20,000 nucleotides of DNA, taken from contig JBNGIO010006317.1 of the NCBI GenBank assembly GCA_049999805.1, positions 833,534-853,533 on the forward strand. Direction: 5' to 3'. The notes below the pieces were generated by a model. The model ran no database searches. It was not told where the DNA came from and worked only from the letters and a program-made list of their open reading frames with translations. This DNA comes from Folioceros fuciformis (Eukaryota). Shown in pieces: positions 1 through 9,786 of this stretch (its first letter is position 1; the number at the start of each line of letters is the position of its first letter). A program made the position numbers and the translations under genes.

Positions 1-2928
1 AGATAAGGCTTGGGTTGGGCGAGCCGAAGTGTCCGTTAAAGACATGATAGCTACTTGATTATCAAGGAAAATTGTAATTGACGAAATCCTGGGGATGGAA
101 GCAAAGAGGGTGGGCAAGCATGAAATTGCTTTGACCACAGAGAGAAGCTCTGCCTCATAAACCCCGTAGTATGTTTCTAAACCAAAACATAATTGATGGA
201 CAATATCCCCATTGAAGTAGAAAACAACCGCGCCCTCAGCATGACCATCCAGAAGAGAACCATCAGTGTAAATGGCAAGGGCATTAGGAGTCAAAAGATG
301 TAGGGAATGTGAGGCAATAGCAGAAGTGGGAGATTGTAAAATTACGATGGTTGTGGGTAAAGAAAGAGGAGAGGCCCAGGGAGGCACGAGTCGAGGAAAA
401 ATAGTCTCAATGGCAGTGGAGGTGGGCAGTCCTAAAGCGGAGTACAGAGTACTAGGGAAAAGGAGTGTGAGGCGACTGCAGATAGCATTGTGGTAGCTTT
501 TTTTGTAGTTAGTCGTAGGAAGAAAGACTTGATGGATGGGGTGAGAGGGAGGGTAGGAAACGTTGCGGAGGAGAGAACGGAGAGAATGGCGTTGGAGGCG
601 CAACTCCGTGGGCAGAAGAAAAGCTTCAAATTCCAGGGCATTAGTGGAGGTAGTTCGAAACGCACCAGTAATGGCCCTACAGGCTAGACGTTGGACCCGT
701 TGGAGGTGTTGAATGTGTGTACGACCTCCGTTGAACCAGACATTGCAGCCGTAATCGAGCTTGGGCAGGACTTCACTGATGTATAATTGTTGAAAAAGCT
801 TGGCATTGAGGCCCCAAACTGAATTCCCAAGAGAGATTATAGCTGACAAAGTACGCATTGCGGAAGCCAAAACCTGATGAACATGCGTGTTCCAAGTTAA
901 CAACTATCGGGTAACGAAAGAGTACATTCCTTTGTTGATTCCTTATGCTTCAGGGAAAAATGAATAAGTTCAAACTTGCTAGAATCGAACTCCACGAGGT
1001 GCGTGGAGGCCTCCGATGCCACACGAAGCATAGCCTGAAGTTTTTTTTTGTAGACTTTTTGCATGAAGGAGCAATGATATATGCCCCCGTGTCATCAATC
1101 TAGCCAGTGCCACCACCCATGGTTTGAAGTTGAGTGATGAGATCAGAAGTGAAGAATGGGAAAAGAATAGGCGAGATTGGCGAACCCTTGGGTAACCTAG
1201 AGCTGATGGGAGCAAGAGTGTCATGTTGACCATCTAGGCAAAGTGACGTTGCCCGCTGAGATAGAAAGTGGAAGACCCCATGGATCAGCGGAGTTGGAAG
1301 GCCTTTCCTGCACAGGACAGATAAGAGAATCTGATGGTTAACTGAGTCATATGCACCTTTGATATCCATGAGGAGCAGGGAGAGAACATGTCGTTGACCC
1401 CAAGCCCTACGGATATCCTGAACAAGGAGAGCTGCTGCATCGCTTGTACTCCGACCCGGTCAACCCCTCAAATGACCGGAGGGAAGGAGACCATGATTGT
1501 TCTCAACTAAGAAGAAGAGACGTGAAGCCATAAAACCCTCCAGGGCCTTGCCTAAGCAATTATGAAGAGCAATAGGGCGATATGAGCGGGGTAACGAATA
1601 ATTAGCCCGATTGAGTTTGTGGAGAATGATGGTGAGCGAGTGACGCCACGTCAAAGGACGATAACCCAAAGTGGAGCAGGCCTGGAAGATAAGGATGATA
1701 ACCCAAAGTGGAGCAGGCCTGGAAGATATATAAGTAAAATTGTTTGAGGAGGTCCCAACCCCTGTGAAGAAACCTACAGCAATAGTGTCCGGGCCTGTCG
1801 CTGTCTAGGCCTTCGCACCAAAGAGCAAAAAGAGCCTGCTGCACCTCGTGCAAAGCAGGGGTGGGCCATGGGAAATAGGAAGTAGCGGACAGGGGAAGAG
1901 GAGGGGTGTTTGAAGAAGAGGGGATCAAAGCAGAACGGAGGACTAAGCATGAGAGTAAGCAAGTGACCCGTCTCCAGAGAGTAAAGGAGGAGAGAAAGAC
2001 GAGGAAACGGGTTTAGTGGAGCGATAAATCTTCCAAATATCCGAGTCGCTAGCCTCCATCAGAAATTTCTTCCAATGGTCCAACTTTCACACTCCGAAAG
2101 TACTCATTTCTAACAGACCGAAAAGCTACTATATCCCCTGGAGTATTAGTAATGCGCATGACCCGACGAGCCCAAGCAAGCCCCTTGCGAAGAGACGAGA
2201 GGGTAGGAGACCACCAAGGTTTAGCATGGAGGTGAGGGCGTACTACAGGGGTAGATGCGGAGATAGCCTTCTGTAGAGATATTGTGACTTGAGCCACAAG
2301 ATGATCAATTTGAGCAATAGTCCCACCAAGTTAGTCGAAACCTCAGAAGCTAAAGTGGAAGAAAATTTGTCCCAGTCAGTAGCTTTGACATTAAGGTGGG
2401 AAGGAAGAGGAGGCGGAGGAGGGGAATTTGAACAGGAAGGAATAGTAAGGAACAAACCAATAGCTTGGTGGTCAGACCCCGCATCTAGATCGGGGAGAAT
2501 ATCACAGAAATCAACCAAGTCGCGAACATCCGTAGAAGAAAGCGTGAGATTCAAAGTGAAAGTGTTATTTGTAGAAGACACGAAGGTGGGGCAATCCAAG
2601 GGGGTGAGAAGAAAGAGAGGAGTAGTATTAATGAAGAGGGCAAACTCATCGGCCAACAAGAAAATCACTTCATTAGATGCAGTAGATTTCCACAAGGAGT
2701 GATGAAGATTGAAATCTCCGAGAGTAAAACAGCATTGAGAGAGGAAGTGGGCATGTGGAGTGAGAATGCGGATGGTGCTATCGGACCCAGGCGGATTGTA
2801 AAGGTTAACAAAGTTAATGACTTGGCCTAGACAAGAGACATGGACACATTGGATATCAGGATGGTTAAAAAGATTCCAGCGGGGAGAAATACTACTAGAG
2901 CAAAGGCTTTTGTTAACGTAGGTGAGTC
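1..2928 (-). mobile_element. Degenerate non-LTR retrotransposon (LINE) ORF2: APE endonuclease, reverse transcriptase, RNase H; Tad1-like; 5'-truncated, 3' part runs off the window
   Basis: Minus-strand translation across stops and frameshifts. Endonuclease: LTYVNKSL..PRWNLFNHPDI..VNLYNPPG, GDFNLHHSLW, GSDHQAI (2926-2460). Linker: TDWDKF, KPWWSPTL. RT: SYRPIALHNCLGKALE, PGRST, LLMDIKGAYDSVNH, LPKGSPISPILF, *IDD, FDSSKFELIHFS, GNSVWGL..LYISEVLPKLDYG. RNase H: AIYTDGS, VYEAEL, FLDNQ (~280-50). Lesions include TGA at 1460-1462, TAG replacing Y of YxDD at 1100-1102 and a 37-bp duplication at ~1660-1728. Similarity stops near 2928, where the sequence turns AT-rich. Confidence 0.93.
1660..1728. repeat. 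Tandem duplication inside the LINE RT (32 bp identical, 37-bp period)
   Basis: GATAACCCAAAGTGGAGCAGGCCTGGAAGATA at 1660-1691 and 1697-1728; the period is not a multiple of 3, so it frameshifts the RT. Confidence 0.9.
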
Positions 2929-3198
2929 TCTACATCTATCCTCAAAGTTAAGTAGCTTTTCAACCAAACCACTTGAATTATTGAAGTTATGTTTCAGATA
3001 ATACCTTCTGCTCATCTTTTTTAATTATCTTAATATTTTTGCATTTTATTAATCTCAACTAAGAAGACAGCTTATCATAGTTAACTTATAAAATAGTTTC
3101 AATAAATTAGTCTGAAAATTGTCACTACCATGTCTCTTGAGGAAGAATGTTGTTAGAAGGAAATGAATAGTGTTAGAAGCCAGGTTGCAAAGAAGTTA

Positions 3199-3365
3199 GA
3201 GGGGACTCTTGAAGAGCAGCTATGGAAGAGAAGCTATGGAAGGGGATGCTTGAAGAGGAGCTATGGAAGGAGGTGTTGAAGAGCCTCTATGGAAGGAGAT
3301 GCTTGAATAGCAGCTATGGAAGGAGATGCTTGAAGAGCAGGTATGGAAGGAGATGCTGAGGAGCA
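3199..3365. repeat. Purine-rich minisatellite, ~27-bp unit, about 6 copies
   Basis: Consensus GCTATGGAAGGAGATGCTTGAAGAGCA; copies at 3233, 3260, 3286, 3313 and 3340, plus partial copies at 3199-3232. Confidence 0.9.
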
Positions 3366-3589
3366 CTAGACTTGGATGGTGAACATGTGAGACATTTCAA
3401 ATGTAACAATTGACAAATGTTGCAATAATCTGCCCATCATTGCAGTTGGAAGATGCCAAGTTGGGCAATAATTTAGTCATGCATGCAATCCACAGATGAT
3501 AGATGAAATGCTACTTGTAGGCGCTTGATTGCTCCATGCATGAAAAGGTATGTCCAGAGTTCAGAGCTCAGCCACGGCTTTGGAGCTCC

Positions 3590-3603
3590 CACACACACAC
3601 ACA
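3590..3603. repeat. (CA)7 microsatellite
   Basis: CACACACACACACA read directly. Confidence 0.7.
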
Positions 3604-4272
3604 ACTGACAAGGAGACTGTGCGTGTATGCTGGCTTACATTTTGCTGGAAAAGTATAGAAATGCTACTTTACACGTAGCCTCAGAAGTGATTGACAGATG
3701 TTGATAAGAACATTGGGGTTCGTACCACAACGCGGATGCATAATGTAATTGTTCCACGAATGCTAACAACACATCAGAGTTCCTACTCGATGGGGGTCTT
3801 GAATACACTCTGAACCGAATAAGATTGCTCCACATGCCTGCCCATGTCTTGGGCAGAATAATGGGAGGCCTCGACAAAGCACGTGTTGGATGTGGCCAGG
3901 TCTAGGCTTGGATCGAGGCTCGAGTGGAGGGAGCCTAGTCTCCCAGTCTGCCGTCTGTGTGCTTATGGAATGCTTGAAAGCCATGCAGAAGGCTGGCGGC
4001 AGTCCTAGATGTGGCTTGCATGCTCTTCTCGGCACCAGTGTTCGATTTGTTTAAGGCAGTGGCCAAGCCGACGTATAGGCCACAATCGCAGCGGAGGGTG
4101 CGAAAAGTCCGAGCCAAGGTGTATCTGTAGATCTTGTTTGGGACGTGCATCCGTTACAATCCCTCGCATGTTTTGCCGCGGGAGGGAGAGCTCGGAGGCG
4201 ACGTAGATCAGAGACCTTTGGTACGCTGCCATCCGCGTTGTGCTGAGAGCCGAGTTCATTTGTTGATCCAGG

Positions 4273-4658
4273 GTTGGTCACGCAATTTAGCTTCATCCGA
4301 CATGAGAATCTCGCTGCGGTGCGGTTGACAGCTGCAGGGGTCGTGGCTAATTTTGTATGTGGTAGAAGTGTTTGAATTCGGGGCCACGCACTGGTCAGTG
4401 AGTGAAGTCTGTGGAACGAAAAAGTATATATATTATTGTCAGGCGTAGGAAACAATGGGTAAGAACTAAGCCGGTTGATGCAACTCCTCGTAGGAAAGGA
4501 AAGCCGCACGAAGAGTTGTGATCTCGGTTGGTTTTGTCACATGATTTAGCTTCAGCTGACACGGGAATCTCGTTGTTGGTGCTGGTGAGCGTAACAGGGA
4601 CGGCGCCTAACTATATATCATGGTACTAAGGAGGGGATGATACGACGATTATCTGTAG
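4273..4658 (+). other. Probable 5'-UTR intron of the DLD gene
   Basis: Branch-like TACTAAG at 4624-4630 and acceptor TCTGTAG ending at 4658, four bases before the ATG. Candidate donor GTTGGT at 4273 follows a GC-rich leader; the donor position is uncertain. Confidence 0.4.
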
Positions 4659-4662
4659 CACG

Positions 4663-7600
4663 ATGGCGCCTGGTGGTGTCCGATACTATGCCTCGCTTCT
4701 GCAGCTTCATATCCATATTCTGGACTCCTGTAAGCGCAGGCTGGTGAGTTCAAGTGTGACTGGGCCAGCTGTGACTGCTGCACCTCTGTGTGCACAGAAT
4801 GGGACGGAAAGTGCATCAGCTGGATTCCGGCAACTCCTTTCAGGCAGTCTTTTGGCAATTGCTAGCGTTGCGTATGCCTCGAATCGGGAATCAGTCTTGT
4901 TGGAAAGCCAAACGACATCCAGGTGCGGTGCTCTTGCTGGGGGGAATTTCGGGCTTGTTGGGAAGTGGAGAGATTGATTGTTTCACGATTTGGGTGCTCA
5001 CAGGCTGGAGATGGCGGACCGTAAGACAATTCCAAAGCGTCTTCTTTATGAGCTCCACAAGATTTGCGGGGTACTGTACCTAGATACTGAGGCTGTTGGT
5101 GGATTCGTTCAGCTTGGCCTTTGTTCGGATTGGTTTGGTTATTGTGGCCTTGCTGCTGCGCAGGAGGAGAGGGTGGTTCTGGACCATGAGACCAGGTACA
5201 ATCACGGGAAGCCGTGGAACACGTACCATGTTATTGAAAGAATACCAGACGCAGTTGTATATCCCAGGTATGTGGGTTGATATGTCGGGAGTGGCTGCAT
5301 ACCATAGTTTGCATCTGACGGATCAGGTTCTGAGGCACTGCCTCCTTCACTTTTGATTGGCTGCAGGACAGAGGAGGAAGTCGTTGGTATCGTGAAAGCT
5401 TGCGCGAAGTATAAGGTACGTGACCGTGTTCCTTGCTTCTTGCTTTCGCGTGTGTTGCAGCCCACTGTTCGAACACGAGATGCTGACTGTTGTTGCCGTA
5501 TGTAGGTTCCTATCACGGCATATGGAGGAGCTACCTCGCTAGAGGGCCACACAATGACACCGGATGGCGGAGTTAGCATAAACATGACTGAGATGAAGGT
5601 TGATAAAAGATCAAGTCCCAGGCGCATGTCATTTCGGGTTGGACGAAAATTCAGGAGTTGACTATGCCCTTGGCTGTGCTAGGCAGAAAATTAAACAGCT
5701 GCATATTGAGGACATGGATGTCGTAGTTGAACCAGGAATTGGATGGATAGAGCTGAATGAGTATTTGAAACCGTATGGTCTCTTTTTCCCTCTTGACCCT
5801 GGTAAGCTCTTTAGTGATGGAGGTGGTGCTCTTCCCTGATGCCGTAGCTCGTTTCCTTGTTTCAATTCACCATAAATGATGCCCTCTTCACGGTCTTTCT
5901 ACTCGATGTTGTCTGCTGCTTTCAGGTCCAGGTGCAACTATTGGAGGAATGTGTGCTACTCGGTGTTCCGGGTCCTTGGCAGTGCGGTGAGCATCTGTAG
6001 AATGCGAAGGTTTCCCCGTCGTATCAAGACGCTGACTTGAATTTGATCACTGACATTGCAGATATGGGACAATGCGTGACAATGTGATCTCCTTGAAGGT
6101 TTGCTTTTTCTCCCTTATCTAGCCTTTCATCATCCGAAAAAACCTGTGAAAATAACAGACGAAGGTGGGGCTTGGCAGGCAGTCTTGTCGAACGGCGATG
6201 TTGTCAAAACAGCCGCTCGTGCTCGGAAAAGTGCGGCTGGGTATGTATATTTGCATGAAATGACAGTTACGAAGATATTAACAAACTTTTCGTCAAACCG
6301 CTAGCTGCTGTGGCTCTTACGTGATCGTGGCCTTGTCAGATATGACCTGACAAGGTTGTTTATTGGAAGTGAAGGCACACTGGGTGTCATTACAGAAGTT
6401 ACGTTGCGCTTGCAGAAGATTCCTGAGTCGTCTGTGGTAGGTTGCTGCTTGAGGATCCTTGAGTTTGTGTTAGCAATAGACTGAAGACTTCTCAACAACT
6501 TGTGTTTGTACGATCCTAGGTGGCGATATGTAGTTTCCCTTCGGTGCGAGATGCTGCTGACGTTGCTATAGCCACAATGCATTCAGGCATTCAGGTATGT
6601 ACTACTCTGTTGATAGAAATGTGACACCATGCGTTCCTTTAACCTTTTGCAATCCTTTGTTTAGCTCCGAATGTCCATTTCCCTGAGCCCTGTTTGTAAA
6701 TTCAGTGCAGGTGTCAAGGGTGGAGCTTCTAGATGAAGTGATGATGAAGGGCATTAATTTAGCAAATGACAAAACATATCCTGAGGCACCCACCCTTCTA
6801 TTTGAATTTATTGGGACAGGTAAAAGTGTAAAGCTTCGCAATCCGTGTGTCAAACGTTTTGTGATTTAGAAGTACTGACGTCTAATCTGTCCGTCTAACC
6901 AACCTCCCATGTACTCCTTACGGGTATAGAAGCATATGCTTTGGAACAAACCAACCGTGTAAAGAAAATTGTCGAAGAACATTCTGGATCTGACTTCCAG
7001 TATGCTGACACAGCTGAGGAAAAGGTTAGGCTGTGGAAGGTGAGCACGGAAGTCCCTAAGACATTTTTTTATGTCTCTTCGTTTCTCGTAGGGTGAGCAC
7101 TTTTCTAGCATCTTTATCGTTGATATTTTGAGCCCTTGAAGCTTAGGTTCATGTGTGCAGATGAGAAAAGAAGCCTTCTGGGCATGCTCAACTCTTAGAC
7201 CTGGCGCTGAGATTATGGTTACGGTACGAACAGCTCGTACGGTTTCGAGTCTGCTTATCTCTGTAGCGGATGCTTGTTATAAGGTCAACATGGAATTTTT
7301 GGATATCACCTTAACGTGCTTCTTGCAGGACGTCTGTGTCCCTCTGTCAAGGCTTGCAGAATGTATAGCCGAAGCTAAAGAGCAGCTAGATGCGTCTCCA
7401 CTGATCTGGTAGCTGTATACCCTGCATGATATGTCTTTGTTCTCAAAGTATCGGTCGCTGAAGTGGTACTAATATGCATCCACCCCAGCCCCATCATATC
7501 TCATGCAGGAGACGGGAACTTTCATGTTGCCATTCTTTTCGACCCTGCAAGCAGAGAGGAAGTTGAGGAGGCAGAAAGGCTGGCAAACAGCATGGTGCGA

Positions 7601-7972
7601 ACAGCCCTTTCTATGGAAGGTGGGTGCTAAGTTGTTCCAGCAGTTGTGGCAGTTTCTGATTGAAAGTCTCTTGCAGTCCCGTGTAATGATTTCTCGCTTT
7701 TTTTTAATTAAGGTACCTGCACTGGAGAGCATGGAGTTGGAATGGGCAAGACGAAGGTAATCACGATTCAACTCGGTTGATGCCCCAGCCAGCTCTTTGG
7801 TTTCTTCTGAATGAAGGGTGGAAACTGATTCTGTGTACTCCTGAGCGTGCAGTATTTGGTGGAGGAGCTTGGTGAAGAGGCTTTAAATGCTATGGGAAAC
7901 ATAAAGCATGCACTGGACCCTGACAGTCTTATGAATCCTGGCAAGGTGGTGCCACCGCAATTTTGTTACTAG
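4663..7972 (+). CDS. DLD: D-lactate dehydrogenase [cytochrome], mitochondrial (FAD-linked oxidoreductase); 18 exons, ~558 aa
   Basis: Exons: 4663-4922, 5004-5070, 5164-5267, 5367-5415, 5506-5598, 5687-5801, 5926-5986, 6062-6098, 6179-6240, 6340-6436, 6520-6594, 6711-6819, 6930-7039, 7161-7223, 7329-7408, 7489-7619, 7713-7756, 7853-7972. All introns are GT-AG (75-124 bp) and the frame stays open (1677 nt). Motifs: [120 protein letters not shown]. These closely match the plant D-LDH (Arabidopsis At5g06580 type) as I recall it. The N-terminal extension is consistent with a mitochondrial targeting peptide. Confidence 0.96.
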
Positions 7973-8548
7973 TTGATTTGTTTATTTCAAGCACGAACGT
8001 TCTTGTACTCGGTATAGGGGTACCGCAAAGCTGAAAGTTCTCGAATAGGTACGGAAACTGAGCAGCTGCACGCTTCAGTCTCCCGCTTTGCCCGTTTAGC
8101 GTATATTCGGTCTGCAGTTCTTATAGTTTGCATGCACTGTACTCCTCTGTTCCAGAGAGGAGACTATCTAAATATGTAAATATGTAGATCACAGTCTGGA
8201 CTGTATGAAATATTGATACGGATACCATCATATATTATACGATCCCGTTTTTTCAAGCCAAGGCTGTGCAGGTAGTGGGCGGCTTCGGGGCGTCCCGATC
8301 CGGCCAAGACAAGTTTTTTTTTCTCCCACCCACCGGAACACATCAATGCTTCCTCCTTAAGGGTTTCAGTGTTCCATACCCTGAAGGGGAACCCAACTAA
8401 AGGCAGCATGCTCCCAGCTGAAGATAGCATGCTCTCTGTCTCCTCCGTCACCCGAACCCAAGTCATTCTGTATTCAGCGGCAAATCGCCAGCCATGGCTC
8501 GTGGCATGTGGGTAGCCATTAGAATGTGAATATAATTGTCAATGCAAG

Positions 8549-8652
8549 CAACTGCATGCCCTTCTAACAAACATAGGAGGTAAAATAGTAAACCCTCATA
8601 GAAGGGCAGTTGCCCTTTTAGCAAACATAAGAGGTCAACTAATGAACCCTAA
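8549..8652. repeat. Two degenerate ~42-bp direct repeats (~55-bp period) with an overlapping inverted repeat
   Basis: TGCCCTTCTAACAAACATAGGAGGTAAAATAGTAAACCCTCA (~8556) versus TGCCCTTTTAGCAAACATAAGAGGTCAACTAATGAACCCTAA (~8611). TAGAAGGGCAGTTG (~8599) is the reverse complement of CAACTGC(ATG)CCCTTCTA (~8549) apart from a small insertion. Confidence 0.65.
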
Positions 8653-8918
8653 CAGTGCATTATGGTGTGGGTTGCAGACCAGCACAAAGGTTCAGCGCTA
8701 TTGAGGTTGATGACAAGAATTGAAAGGGAGGAGGTTGAGTGTGGGCAGAGTGAACGAGTGGTTTGGCATACTCAGTACACTTGCAGCAACCTGTGGAATC
8801 ACGATGCGCATGAGATAATACATTCATTGCAATGGTGGAAGGCAAGCACGTTGTGTGCCTACTTGTCCATGGTGCAAAACCCTAAAATCCTTAGACATGG
8901 GTGAGCCATTGCAGACGA

Positions 8919-9232
8919 AGTCTGGAACAAGTGCGGACCAGTCTGGAACAAGTGCGGACCAATCCTTGTTCCTTCGCTGAGCAAGTGTAGACCAATACAT
9001 GTTCCTCACCGAGCAAGTGCAAACCAATAGCTGAGCTGAGCAAGTGTAGACCAATACATGTTCCTCCGCCGAGCAAGTGCAAACCAATAGCTAAGCTGAG
9101 CAAGTGCAAACGAATACTTGGTCCTGTAATGAGCAAGGCGAGGAAGGGGAATCCATAAACCAATACTCGTTCCTCCACTAAGCAAGCAAATGAATACTTG
9201 GTCCTCTAATGAGCAAGGGGAATTCATAAACC
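8919..9232. repeat. Composite minisatellite with core GAGCAAGTGYARACCAATA and alternating 33/27-bp units
   Basis: Perfect 21-bp duplication AGTCTGGAACAAGTGCGGACC (8919-8960). Cores follow at ~8979, 9011, 9038, 9071 and 9098, forming a ~60-bp higher-order dimer. More degenerate copies (AATACTTGGTCCT.TAATGAGCAAG twice) extend to ~9232. Confidence 0.88.
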
Positions 9233-9730
9233 CATATGCATACGCTGAAAGATTGGCGATCAGTTCGTCCATTGAGCATGGAAGAATGGTGGTCAAATCG
9301 GTCGCTGAATGACGGTCGATTTGAAGGGGCAGAAAAAGCATAGGAAGAGGCTTCTGCATGTCGAAACATTGTCAATGGCCCAGAAAGAAAGAAGGTGTCA
9401 AAAGAAGATTCTTTTAGTTTCTTGATTGGTCCATTGAAGTAGAAAAGAAAAAACATTTTATCGTATGGCAACTAGGGATGCGACGTGAAGCCCTAAATTT
9501 TGTATGTACATAAGATTCTGAGAAATATTCTGAGGACATATGTCAAAAATATAAAGATCACTTTGGGTGCAACGGATACGTGCGGGCTATCGGACACGAT
9601 GGAAGGATATGGTTTGCAATCATTGGTAAACAAGACTGTGTTTTCTTACATCAAGGGAAGAGCCGAATACACAAAAATTATCTTCTATATAACTAAGTTG
9701 TAGGGTCCGCAAATACGCTCCAAACCCCAT

Positions 9731-9784
9731 TGTGTTACAAGAGAACAATGTGTTACAAGAGAACAATGTGTTACAAGAGAACAA
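9731..9784. repeat. Three perfect copies of an 18-bp unit just after the YSL stop codon (3'-UTR)
   Basis: TGTGTTACAAGAGAACAA three times in tandem. Confidence 0.92.
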
Positions 9785-9786
9785 GG

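Noticed and set aside
272..2702. Several + strand ORFs (272-496, 490-687, 2289-2702)
   Set aside because: Antisense shadows of the LINE ORF2 reading frame.
3880..3886. G-box/ABRE-like CACGTGT upstream of DLD
   Set aside because: A single short motif is expected by chance in 20 kb; not supportable without conservation data.
8919..9232. CRISPR-like repeat/spacer appearance
   Set aside because: The intervening segments are short (8-15 bp) and related to each other, the repeats are degenerate, there are no cas genes, and the context is eukaryotic. It is a minisatellite.
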